From Candidatus Omnitrophota bacterium (GTDB lineage Bacteria; Omnitrophota; Gorgyraeia; Zapsychrales; Fredricksoniimonadaceae): DNA of 64,000 bases. Made by a program: the position numbers and the translations under genes. Numbering within the stretch: the stretch's first letter is position 1; each line of letters starts with the position of its first letter. The DNA lies in contig CAIOTT010000049.1 of assembly GCA_903861305.1 (NCBI GenBank), forward strand, positions 4,265 to 68,264. Reading direction: 5' to 3'. The notes under the pieces are model-generated. The model was not told the origin of the DNA. It worked only from the letters and a program-made list of their open reading frames with translations, and ran no database searches. Shown one piece after another: positions 18,111-28,875 of the stretch.

Positions 18111-20093
18111 TCAGTGGGTCGAAAAACCTGATCGTTGGAGCACCGGCGCAATGGCTTCATTAACATAATAGGATGAGCCTGCGCGTGTCAAATGAGTTGC
18201 ATCCCAAAGCAAAAGCTTCGGGGCCCCGTCCTGGATCCTGACCATCGGACAGCGATCGTCCTGACAAGCCATTGAGAGCAATGAAATATATTTGATGCCC
18301 TGGCGCTCGGCGAGGTTCTTTAATGTCTGGTCAATACTGGCCAGCGCATACAAGGAGCTGTTAGAGATCAGGATCAGGTCGCCTTTTTGGGCTGATAAAG
18401 CCTGCGGCCTTAAGGACAGCAGATAGGGTTTTGGCAGGAAATATGATTTTGGGGTGTCATGGAAAAGGACTTGCGGCCCGACCAGGACCACGGTCTTGGT
18501 TTCGGGCTTGATCGCTTCGATCGTCTTGTTGAGCGCGGCTATAAAATCATGTTCCTGGATATAAGTGAACCAGCGGGCGGATATGATAATGGTATCCGGT
18601 TTATTGATCCTGATCCTGGAAAGGATCCGGGTGTTAATGCTGCTGCACTGTGATGAGTTGGCGCTGAAGCCGATCAGCGGGGCACAGGAGGCCATAGTAT
18701 ATTGTGATACATGCCTGTCAGGGTCTACGACCGATCCTTTCAGGCCCCAATACAGATCCGCCGCGTTTGAATCTCCCCAAAGGAACATCTCTGGTTTCCC
18801 ACCGGCCTGGCAGGCAGGCGCAAAATCGTTGGATAGAGGTTCTTTAAGGAAACACAGGTCTTCTCGATAAAATTCCTTCTCGGCACTGGATTCTGCCAGC
18901 TGATCTTGTGAGATCTGGGTTTGAAAGTTTGTCAGCCCGGCATTCGATGGGTGCATTGAGGGCAGAAAGGCAGTGGCCCCGCCAATAATGAGCGTTATCA
19001 ACGCCAATGTGACCAATACCCTGGACACTGTTCTTAGGGGGAGTTTTCGCAGCGGCACTTCAAGATAAAGATAGCAGAGCGTTGCGAGGATGAACGCTAA
19101 CCCGACGGCACCAAATTTAAATATGTGCCAAAGGCGAACGGTTTCAGGTTCATAGATATTGACGTAGACCAAAAGCGGCCAATGCCATAAATAGAGCGCA
19201 TAACTGATGAGCCCGATGAACACCGCGACCCGGTTGGAAAGAAGGTGGCGGTTGATCCAGGTCATGGGTCCGGCGGCAATAATAAGAGCCGCCCCGATCG
19301 TAGGTGCGAGCGCGGGCCATCCCGGGAAAGGCGTTTTTTCGTCAAAGAAAACGATCGCTATAACAATAAAAGCAAGGCCGAGGCATGATGCTGCATTGTC
19401 CAGTTTGTTCTTGTTGTTCGGCAAGAAAACGCCCTTGGCAGGGGGAGCCTCCTGCCTTGTTTTGACAGCAAGAAGGGATCCGGCCATCAATTCCCAGGCG
19501 CGCGTCCAGGGTGCATAGAATGCATGGGAAATGTCAGACCTTATAAAAAAGATATTCAGTGCAAAAGAGAAAGCCGCGATCGCGGCAATAAAATAGACAG
19601 GTTTTTGCCGTGTTTTCCATATAACCCACAGCGTGACCGGCCAAAGCAAATAAAACTGTTCTTCGATCCCGAGCGACCATAAATGCAGCAGTGGTTTGAG
19701 CAGCGAGTCCCCGTCGAAATAACCGGCTTCGCTCCATAAAAGAAAATTGGATGAGAACAATGATCCGGCGACAACATGCCGTCCCAGGCGCGCAAGGGTG
19801 TCAGGGACCAAAAACAAAGGCGCTGTGGCAAGAATGCTGGCCAGGACCAGTATCAGTGTAGGGAAGATCCGGCGTATGCGGCGTTGATAGAAGGTCTTGA
19901 AAGAAAATATGCCGTTTTCGATCTCGGCAAGGATGATGCCGGTTATCAGGAATCCGGAGATCACAAAAAAGATATCTACGCCGACAAAGCCGCCTTTTAT
20001 GTATTTAGGCGATAAATGGTAGCCGATGACCGCAAGTATGGCGATCGCCCGAAGTCCGTCAATGTCCCGGCGATAGAGGAGGGTTTTACGCAT
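18111..20093 (-). CDS. OafA-like O-acyltransferase (acyltransferase-3 membrane domain fused to SGNH domain)
   Basis: AT3 motifs DIDGLRAIAILAVIGYHL and VDIFFVISGF, about 10 TM helices, and a C-terminal SGNH block (LWGDSNAADL). Confidence 0.85.
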   Translation of the reverse strand: MRKTLLYRRDIDGLRAIAILAVIGYHLSPKYIKGGFVGVDIFFVISGFLITGIILAEIENGIFSFKTFYQRRIRRIFPTLILVLASILATAPLFLVPDTLARLGRHVVAGSLFSSNFLLWSEAGYFDGDSLLKPLLHLWSLGIEEQFYLLWPVTLWVIWKTRQKPVYFIAAIAAFSFALNIFFIRSDISHAFYAPWTRAWELMAGSLLAVKTRQEAPPAKGVFLPNNKNKLDNAASCLGLAFIVIAIVFFDEKTPFPGWPALAPTIGAALIIAAGPMTWINRHLLSNRVAVFIGLISYALYLWHWPLLVYVNIYEPETVRLWHIFKFGAVGLAFILATLCYLYLEVPLRKLPLRTVSRVLVTLALITLIIGGATAFLPSMHPSNAGLTNFQTQISQDQLAESSAEKEFYREDLCFLKEPLSNDFAPACQAGGKPEMFLWGDSNAADLYWGLKGSVVDPDRHVSQYTMASCAPLIGFSANSSQCSSINTRILSRIRINKPDTIIISARWFTYIQEHDFIAALNKTIEAIKPETKTVVLVGPQVLFHDTPKSYFLPKPYLLSLRPQALSAQKGDLILISNSSLYALASIDQTLKNLAERQGIKYISLLSMACQDDRCPMVRIQDGAPKLLLWDATHLTRAGSSYYVNEAIAPVLQRSGFSTH

Positions 20094-20253
20094 AAGACCG
20101 TTCGTTCGAGAAAGAGGCCATTGAGATCCCAGGGATGTTTATTGAACCTCAATATTCAGGGAAATTATAGGGTCTCAACCCGTATTGTCAATTAGAAATT
20201 TGAGTGGCCGGCTTTAAGGTCTTGCGCTGTCCCGCGCGGCAGGTTATGAACTA

Positions 20254-20271
20254 TTTATGGATTTCCATAAA
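20254..20271. promoter_or_regulatory. 8-2-8 perfect inverted repeat in the divergent acyltransferase/metF intergenic region (candidate operator)
   Basis: TTTATGGA-TT-TCCATAAA read directly, about 80 nt upstream of the metF ATG. Confidence 0.4.
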
Positions 20272-20352
20272 TAAGGTATGGTATCATTGAGTTCAAAATA
20301 TTAATTATTTGCAGTCATGTCAATGAGAATGCTCTTATTCGAAAGGTAACGC

Positions 20353-21219
20353 ATGGAAAAACTTACCGATATTCTTGCCACGGAACCACGTACTTTTTCG
20401 ATCGAGATATTCCCCCCGAAGACCGACAAGGGGATGGAAGCTTTGGAGGCAAACCTTGCCGAGCTGGCCAGGCTCAAGCCTGACTTTGTTTCCGTGACCT
20501 ACGGGGCCGGCGGGTCGAGCCGCGACAGGACCTTTGATCTTGTCCGCCTGGTCCAGGAGAAATACCGGCTCATCGCGATGCATCATTTCACCTGTGTCGC
20601 GCACACGCGCGGTGAGATCAGGGAAGTCCTTGACCGGCTCAAGGCCCATGATATCCGCAATATCCTTGCCCTGCGCGGCGATAATCCTATAGATTCGCCG
20701 GATTGGGTTCCCGGGCCGGATAACTTCCGTTACAGTTCTGAACTGGTAAAGTTCATCCGTGATTCTTACGGAGATTTCTTTGCCGTTGGCGTTGCGGGGT
20801 TCCCCGAGGGGCATCCTCTGGCGGCTGACCTTGCGGCCGATGTTAATGTTCTCAAGGCCAAGGTTGAGGCAGGCGGGGAATTCGTGATGACGCAGCTTTT
20901 TTTCGATAACGCGTTGTATTTTGATTATGTCAGGCGGCTCAAGGCGGCCGGTGTCAACGTGCGTGTTATCCCGGGTATATTGCCGGTCACCAGCTATGAG
21001 GCGGCGATCCATTTTTGCAAGGGGTGCGGCGCGTCGGTCCCGCAAAAGGTCCATGATATTTTCGCTCCCCTAGCCCAGGACAGGGAAAAGACCCTCGCGG
21101 CCGGCATCGCCTTTGCCGTTGAGCAGTGCCGGGAACTCCTGGCCGGCGGCGCTCCGGGGCTGCATCTGTATACGCTCAACAAGGCCGAGCCGGTGGCAAC
21201 CATCCTTCGGTCGTTGTGA
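20353..21219 (+). CDS. metF: 5,10-methylenetetrahydrofolate reductase
   Basis: FSIEIFPPKT, VTYGAGGSSR, ALRGD and FPEGHP are MetF signature blocks, and the length of 288 aa fits. Confidence 0.9.
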   Translation: MEKLTDILATEPRTFSIEIFPPKTDKGMEALEANLAELARLKPDFVSVTYGAGGSSRDRTFDLVRLVQEKYRLIAMHHFTCVAHTRGEIREVLDRLKAHDIRNILALRGDNPIDSPDWVPGPDNFRYSSELVKFIRDSYGDFFAVGVAGFPEGHPLAADLAADVNVLKAKVEAGGEFVMTQLFFDNALYFDYVRRLKAAGVNVRVIPGILPVTSYEAAIHFCKGCGASVPQKVHDIFAPLAQDREKTLAAGIAFAVEQCRELLAGGAPGLHLYTLNKAEPVATILRSL

Positions 21220-21236
21220 TCCCGGCAGGGAACGGC

Positions 21237-22292
21237 ATGCTTGCCAAAGACCATACCCTCGCCACGGTCAGGGGCCTGGCCATCATCCTTGTCATTTACG
21301 GCCATGTCATCCAGCGCAGCATCCTCGCGGCGGGCGGCGATTTCTTTGCCAGCGCGGCGTTCAAGGCCGTTTACGCCTTCCACATGCCGTTGTTCTTCTT
21401 CATCAGCGGTTATTCGATCGTTTTCAGTCTGGGCAGAAAAAGCATTCTTGATGTCTTCAAGGCCAGGTGCCGGAGCCTGCTGGTCCCTTATGCCATCTGG
21501 GGTGCTTTGGGGGTCATGACAATGTCGCTGCTGGATGTGATCGCCGGGAAAGCCGTGAACATCCTGCACTGGCCCGTGGCCCTGGCAGATGAATTGCTGT
21601 GGCATCCGGTCATCTGGTTCCTGTTCACCTTGTTCGCGGCCTGCGGCCTTTTGTTGAGTTCCATCAAGCTGCAGGAACGCCTTGGCCTTTGGGCTTTTGC
21701 GCTGGTTTACCTGGGCCTGATGGGCATCGCGTCGAATCAAAGTTTTGCGCTTTACTATGTTCAGTGGTTCTATCTTTTTTATCTGGCGGGATATCTTTTC
21801 AACAGGTACGGCCCGGTGACGCGGGATTGGCGGATGCGCCCGGTGGTCTTTGCCGGCGTCTTGTTTGCCTTCACGGCGCTGGTATTGCTCTGGGGCAAAA
21901 ACGATTATATCTATGTCAACAGGATGATATTCACCCGCGAGCAGTTCGGTGTCCAGGCCCTGCGGCTTGTGTACCGCTATTGTGCGGGCGGGCTGGGGAT
22001 CGCGTTGATATTCCATATTGGCGCGTATCTGGCGCGGACCAGGGTGCAGGCTTTTTTGATTGAGATCGGCGTTTATTCGTTGGGCATTTATCTGCTTCAG
22101 CGGTATATTGTTGAGGGCCTTTATGCGAGGCTGGCCGGCAGGATGCCTGTTGGTCTTATGGCAGATACGTGGTCATTGGCCTGGTTCCTGGCGCCTGCGG
22201 CCACGCTGGTCTTTGTTTGTTTGTGCTGGTCCCTCGTCAGGGCTCTGACGCGGCGGGATCCCGTTTTGGGAGCGGTGTTGTTCGGACGGTGA
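21237..22292 (+). CDS. Acyltransferase-3 family membrane O-acyltransferase
   Basis: VRGLAIILVIYGHV and FHMPLFFFISGY motifs in a polytopic protein. The internal ATG 21237 is preferred over the track start 21126, which overlaps metF by 94 nt. Confidence 0.8.
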   Translation: MLAKDHTLATVRGLAIILVIYGHVIQRSILAAGGDFFASAAFKAVYAFHMPLFFFISGYSIVFSLGRKSILDVFKARCRSLLVPYAIWGALGVMTMSLLDVIAGKAVNILHWPVALADELLWHPVIWFLFTLFAACGLLLSSIKLQERLGLWAFALVYLGLMGIASNQSFALYYVQWFYLFYLAGYLFNRYGPVTRDWRMRPVVFAGVLFAFTALVLLWGKNDYIYVNRMIFTREQFGVQALRLVYRYCAGGLGIALIFHIGAYLARTRVQAFLIEIGVYSLGIYLLQRYIVEGLYARLAGRMPVGLMADTWSLAWFLAPAATLVFVCLCWSLVRALTRRDPVLGAVLFGR

Positions 22293-22298
22293 GGTGAA

Positions 22299-23699
22299 AT
22301 GCAGGAAGATCTGGCCAGATATTATGACGCCCTCGCGCCCCGCCGGGACCAATTCCGCCGGGCGCACGGGTATTATTACCGGACGCTGACGCGGTTGTAC
22401 CGTTATTTTGTCCCCGAGGGAAAGAAGGTCCTGGAGGTGGGCACGGGCACGGGGGAGCTGTTGAACGCGTTGAAACCTTCGGCCGGTGTGGGGGTGGACC
22501 TGAGCCCTGCCATGGTCGCGATCGCCCGCAAGAAATATCCGCATTTGCGTTTTGAGGCCGGCCCGATCAGCACGGCGGCGGATGCAGGGACCTTTGACCA
22601 CATCATCCTGCCGGGCGTCCTTGGCGAGGCCGAGGATATCCAGGCCTTGTTCACGTCCCTGCGCGGGTTTTGCACGCGCGACACGCGGATCGTCATCGAG
22701 TACTACAGTTATCTCTGGCAGGTGATCCTGCGCGCGGCCGAGAAGCTCGGGCTCAAGATGCCCCAGCCCGAGCAGAACTGGCTGACCGCGGATGATATCG
22801 TGAATTTTCTGCGGCTTTCGGGGTATGAGGTGATCCGCAAGGAACGCGCGATACTTTGTCCGGTCAACCTGTGGCTGGTGAGCGACTTCATCAACCGTTA
22901 CCTGGCGAAGCTTCCTTTCTTCAACGCCTTGACCCTCAATCACTTTATCATCGCGCGGCCGGTGTTTGCCGGTGCGCGGGAACTTTCGGTCTCCGTGCTG
23001 GTCCCCTGCCGCAACGAAAAGGGGAATATCGAGGCGGCTGTGACCCGCACGCCCTCCTTCGGCGCCAGCCAGGAATTCATTTTTGTCGAGGGGCATTCGA
23101 AGGACGGGACGTATGAAGAGGTCGAGCGGGTTATCAGCAAGTATCCGCAGAAGAATATCCGTCTCTACAAACAGCCCGGCAAAGGCAAGGGGGATGCCGT
23201 GCGCTTCGGTTTCAGCCTGGCGCAGGGCGATGTTTTGATGATCCTTGACGCGGACCTGACCGTGATGCCCGAAGACCTGCCCAAATTCTATGAAGCCCTT
23301 CGTGACGGGACGGGAGAGTTCATCAACGGCTGCCGCCTGGTCTATCCTTTGGAAAAAGAGGCGATGCGATTGCTGAACCTCATCGCGAACAAGCTGTTCG
23401 GCCTGTTCTTTTCCTGGCTCCTGGGCCAGCGGTTCAAGGATACGCTCTGCGGTACCAAGGTCATGCTCCGGCGGCATTATCTGGAGCTTGCGGCCAACCG
23501 GCATTATTTCGGCGACTTTGATCCATTCGGGGATTTTGACCTTATTTTCGGTGCGGTGAAATTGAATTTAAAGGTCATTGAACTGCCCGTGCGCTACAAG
23601 AGCCGCAGTTACGGGGAAACACAGATCCAGCGCTTCCGCCACGGCCTTCTGCTGGCGCGCATGTGCCTGTTCGCGATGAGGAAGATCAAATTTATATGA
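22299..23699 (+). CDS. Fusion of a class I SAM methyltransferase with a GT2 glycosyltransferase (polyprenyl-phosphate sugar synthase-like)
   Basis: N-terminal VLEVGTGTGELL (SAM motif I). The C-terminal GT2 part has VSVLVPCRNEKGNIE, GKGDAV and ILDADL (DxD), followed by C-terminal hydrophobic segments. Confidence 0.8.
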   Translation: MQEDLARYYDALAPRRDQFRRAHGYYYRTLTRLYRYFVPEGKKVLEVGTGTGELLNALKPSAGVGVDLSPAMVAIARKKYPHLRFEAGPISTAADAGTFDHIILPGVLGEAEDIQALFTSLRGFCTRDTRIVIEYYSYLWQVILRAAEKLGLKMPQPEQNWLTADDIVNFLRLSGYEVIRKERAILCPVNLWLVSDFINRYLAKLPFFNALTLNHFIIARPVFAGARELSVSVLVPCRNEKGNIEAAVTRTPSFGASQEFIFVEGHSKDGTYEEVERVISKYPQKNIRLYKQPGKGKGDAVRFGFSLAQGDVLMILDADLTVMPEDLPKFYEALRDGTGEFINGCRLVYPLEKEAMRLLNLIANKLFGLFFSWLLGQRFKDTLCGTKVMLRRHYLELAANRHYFGDFDPFGDFDLIFGAVKLNLKVIELPVRYKSRSYGETQIQRFRHGLLLARMCLFAMRKIKFI

Positions 23700-24835
23700 A
23701 GAAGTATCATGCTATTGTCATCCACGCGTTGGCTGCGGCCATTTTCCTGTTCGGGCTCGCGTCAGGGTTTTCTGTCGCCGTAAGGAAACCGCTCTGGAAT
23801 GACGAGATATATTCCCAGGTGGCTAATATCGACGGGTTGAGCATGTCCGCCATTTGGCGCGGCGGCGTGCAGGAAGGCAATAACGCGCCATTGTTTTACG
23901 CGTTGCAGAAGGGGCTGTGTTCTCTCCTTCATTATTCCGCCGGGGATCTTTGGCACAAGCAGCCCTTTGAGGCGAGGATCATCCTGCGTATCTTGCCTGT
24001 CATGTTCATGGCACTGGGGCTGGCCATAAGCTTCTGGGCCTTTGCAAGGATGTACTCGATCGCTATAGGCGCGGTGGCGTTCCTGGCCGCGCTGAGCACG
24101 TATCTTGTCTGGGGGTATATCGCTGAGGCCAGGCCTTACGCGATGGTATTCTTTGGCAGTGTGCTGCAGGCGGCGGTCCTTTTAAGGGCGCTGCGTTCAA
24201 AGGATACTGCCCGGGGCTGGGGGCCCGTTGCCGCGGCACATCTGTTCCTGGCGGTCACGAGCCCTTTGAGCGTTATCCAGGTGACGTCGGCAGGGGTGGC
24301 TTTGTGGGGTTTTGGTTACCGCCGGCTTTGGCCTTTGCTGGCCATGATCGCTTTGCCTCTGGCCGTGGGGCTTGGGTACCATCAGCTTTACAGGGAACAT
24401 TACCATTTCTATTTTGCTTCTTACGGCCAGCCGCTGGAGCTCGTCAAAGCGGCGATCCCCGAAGGGCGGCTGCAGTTCCTTATTGTCCTTCCTTTTGTTC
24501 TTTGGGCGTGGGCGCGTCGCAGCGGTGAGAAGGTCGGCATGAATGTATGGCTTTTTCTTGGCTGGGCATGGCTGACGATCCTGGGTTACGGTGTTCTGCT
24601 TGGTTATTTGTGGCTGCACCGCAATGATCCAGCGGCAGGCGCGACATTCGAGGTGCCCAATCGCTATATGATGGCCCTGGCGGGCGTCAGCAGTGCCGCC
24701 ATGGCTGTGCTTTGCGCGGAACTTGTCCAGAGGCCGAAGGTGGTGTGGCTGCGCGTTATTGTCTGGAGCGGCATCCTTGTCCTTATCCTGCCGCGGGTCG
24801 TTAAGGTTTTTCGCTGGGCGGCAACGCTGAATTGA
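23696..24835 (+). CDS. Polytopic GT-C-type glycosyltransferase (ArnT/PMT-like)
   Basis: ATG 23696 overlaps the upstream TGA. About 10 TM helices, with an acidic motif in the first loop (PLWNDEIYSQ) as in the GT39/GT83 families. Confidence 0.55.
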   Translation: MKKYHAIVIHALAAAIFLFGLASGFSVAVRKPLWNDEIYSQVANIDGLSMSAIWRGGVQEGNNAPLFYALQKGLCSLLHYSAGDLWHKQPFEARIILRILPVMFMALGLAISFWAFARMYSIAIGAVAFLAALSTYLVWGYIAEARPYAMVFFGSVLQAAVLLRALRSKDTARGWGPVAAAHLFLAVTSPLSVIQVTSAGVALWGFGYRRLWPLLAMIALPLAVGLGYHQLYREHYHFYFASYGQPLELVKAAIPEGRLQFLIVLPFVLWAWARRSGEKVGMNVWLFLGWAWLTILGYGVLLGYLWLHRNDPAAGATFEVPNRYMMALAGVSSAAMAVLCAELVQRPKVVWLRVIVWSGILVLILPRVVKVFRWAATLN

Positions 24836-26246
24836 TCTTCGTCGACAAGGAACGTAAACGGTTTGTAATCTTATTAAGCAGGGTGCTTAGACCTTGTGTT
24901 TTTACCGTGTAGAAGATGTAGTAGAAGATTTTCAGATGGATAAGGTCATACATAAAATAATAATTTTCGACCTCACGTTTGGCTTCGGCGATCGCCATGC
25001 GGGCTTCATGTTCAGGCATTGTCGTTAAGTTCAGGTTAAAATCAGAGATCATGCTCCGGTCTAGGTCCATAAGGTACGCTTTTTCATCCACGATGTTCCC
25101 GTTGGCTTTGGCCGTGTCGTACAGTTCCGTCCCCGGGAAAGGGGTCGCATAAAAGAAAGACGGCCGCAGGCCCAGGCGTTTGCAGAAGTCCACGGTTTCG
25201 CGGAGGGTTATCCGGTCTTCGCCGACGTAACCCAGGATGATCGAGGCCTGGATCTCGTTGAAATATTTTTTCGCCAGATGCACCGCGCGCAGGCTTTTTT
25301 CCGCTGTGACGTTCTTCTTCATGATCTTGAGTATCCGGTCACTGCCTGATTCAAGCCCGAACGAGATGATGGTGCAGCCGCTTTCTTTTAACCATGCCAT
25401 GCGTTCCGCATCGATCGTGTCCACCCGTGATGTTACCCGGTATTTTACTTTCAGCTTGCTGTCGGTCAAGGCGCGGGTGAAGTCGCGCACCCAGCTTTTG
25501 GACATCGTGATGCATTCCCCGGTCAAGGCGAACAGCGTTATCTTGTCTTTGTACTTGTTCTTGAAATACACCATGTCATCGACGACATGCTGGGCGGGGC
25601 GATAACGGACATTCTTGCCGACCACCCGGAAGGCATTGAAACAAAACGTGCAATTGGAAGGGCACCCGCGCTGGACGTGGAGCTGAAAGACGCCGCTGGT
25701 GGTTTGAAGCAGGTCTTCCATGGGAAAACGTGTGTCGTCGAATCGCAGCAAATGGTCAAGGCCCGGCATTAATCCGCGCTGAGGCGTAAAAAGGATTTTT
25801 CCATCAGCCTTATAGGCAATGCCCTGGACCCGGGAAAGATCCCGTCCGCCACAGATCTCTTTGAGCAACTCAACGACCGTGACTTCCCCTTCACCGATAA
25901 CGATGCCATCGATATCCAATTCGTCAAAACAGCGCTCTTTCAATGATGACGCCAGCGGGCCTCCAAGGATGATGGTGCATGACGGCTTGATCTTCCTGAT
26001 CTGAGGTACCAGCCATGTCAGGTAAGGGTAAACCGTTACCAGGCCGCCAATGGCGATGACCTCTGCCCGGGACTTATGGATCGTTTCACATACGTGCTCC
26101 CGGGAGTAGCGGTACGCGTCAATATCCAGAAGTTCGACTTTATGCGCGTTTTGTTCCAGAACCTGAACAATGAAATCTATGCCGAACGAGGGGAATGTCG
26201 GCTTTCGATTAATGACCATTGGAGGGTTGATGACCAGGACATCCAT
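24801..26246 (-). CDS. Cobalamin-binding (class B) radical SAM enzyme
   Basis: N-terminal MDVLVINPP..VIGEGE B12-binding-like domain and cluster motif RGCPSNCTFC. Its 3' end overlaps the convergent GT-C gene by 35 nt. Confidence 0.8.
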   Translation of the reverse strand: MDVLVINPPMVINRKPTFPSFGIDFIVQVLEQNAHKVELLDIDAYRYSREHVCETIHKSRAEVIAIGGLVTVYPYLTWLVPQIRKIKPSCTIILGGPLASSLKERCFDELDIDGIVIGEGEVTVVELLKEICGGRDLSRVQGIAYKADGKILFTPQRGLMPGLDHLLRFDDTRFPMEDLLQTTSGVFQLHVQRGCPSNCTFCFNAFRVVGKNVRYRPAQHVVDDMVYFKNKYKDKITLFALTGECITMSKSWVRDFTRALTDSKLKVKYRVTSRVDTIDAERMAWLKESGCTIISFGLESGSDRILKIMKKNVTAEKSLRAVHLAKKYFNEIQASIILGYVGEDRITLRETVDFCKRLGLRPSFFYATPFPGTELYDTAKANGNIVDEKAYLMDLDRSMISDFNLNLTTMPEHEARMAIAEAKREVENYYFMYDLIHLKIFYYIFYTVKTQGLSTLLNKITNRLRSLSTKINSALPPSEKP

Positions 26247-26373
26247 AGTGTCTCCGTGCTATATTTCAACAGCTTTTTGCTGGCGAGCGGCAAAAATCAT
26301 AACATTAAATTTCTGTTGAATCAAGAAGCATGTCCATGTTTTGATCTTCGGGCTGAGAGTGGGTGAAAAGGGC

Positions 26374-26396
26374 ATAAAATACTGCCTGTATTTTAT
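26374..26396. promoter_or_regulatory. 9-5-9 inverted repeat in the divergent control region (candidate operator)
   Basis: ATAAAATAC-TGCCT-GTATTTTAT read directly, 38 nt upstream of the -35 element. Confidence 0.4.
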
Positions 26397-26433
26397 TTAT
26401 ATTCGTTTTAAAGCATAATAATCACAATACGTT

Positions 26434-26461
26434 TTGACAATAAGATTTCCTTTGCTATAAT
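26434..26461 (+). promoter_or_regulatory. Consensus sigma70-type promoter heading the regulator/protease/glycan gene array
   Basis: Perfect TTGACA (26434-26439), a 16-nt spacer, and perfect TATAAT (26456-26461), within an AT-rich intergenic region. Confidence 0.65.
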
Positions 26462-26501
26462 CGTTCATTCTTTGAACAGTCGATGGGTCCGGGGCTTCGT
26501 T

Positions 26502-27076
26502 ATGGATGAGCGGGAATTTGAATTGATCAACATTATCGGAGGGGAATTGGGCGCCAGCCAGCGCGATATTTCCCGCCAAATGAACCTTTCTTTGGGCATG
26601 ACCAACATGCTCATCCACCGGCTTTTGACCAAAGGCCATATCCGCATCAAACAGCTTAATAAAAAGAAAGTTGAATACCTGTTGACGCCCAAGGGGTTTG
26701 CTGAAAAGATGCAAAAATCTGTTAAATACACGCTTAAGACATTGAACTCCATCGGGTTAGTTAAAAAGAACATAGAAGGATTGCTTGCGCGTTTGCACGC
26801 CGCGGGTGCGCGTAAATTTTATGTGCTGGGGGCTTCGGACCTCGCGGGCCTTATCGAGATGGTCCTTGCGGAAGAATTCCCCGGTCAGTATGAATTGTTG
26901 CTGATCGAAGAAGTCCAGGATGTCCCGTCTGACGGGATCATCCTTATATGCCGGGAAGGGGTTGTTGTTCATGAAGGCGTCCGCGCAGTGCAGGTGATCG
27001 ATGAACTTGCCAGGGATGAGGCCTTCCTGACGCAAAGCCTGGTTGAAGACAGGATTCTGGCACAAGGGGGTGTGGC

Positions 27077-27080
<4 letters not shown>
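26502..27080 (+). CDS. Winged-helix (MarR-like) transcriptional regulator with a C-terminal Rossmann-like domain
   Basis: N-terminal wHTH pattern ASQRDISRQMNLSLGMTNMLIHRLLTKGHIRI..YLLTPKG. ATG 26502 is chosen because TTG 26472 would lie at or before the predicted transcription start site. Confidence 0.7.
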
Positions 27081-28854
<1,774 letters not shown>

Positions 28855-28875
28855 CGCATGGATCGGTGAAGGCCT

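Noticed and set aside
20094-20352. Possible SAM (S-box) riboswitch upstream of metF.
   Set aside because: No S-box conserved cores or multi-stem architecture are evident. Only the 8-2-8 palindrome, reported as a candidate protein operator, was found.
24801-24835. A 35-nt convergent overlap of the GT-C gene and the minus-strand rSAM gene as a possible antisense regulatory feature.
   Set aside because: Convergent 3' overlaps of this size are common in compact genomes, and I saw no hairpin or conserved element there.
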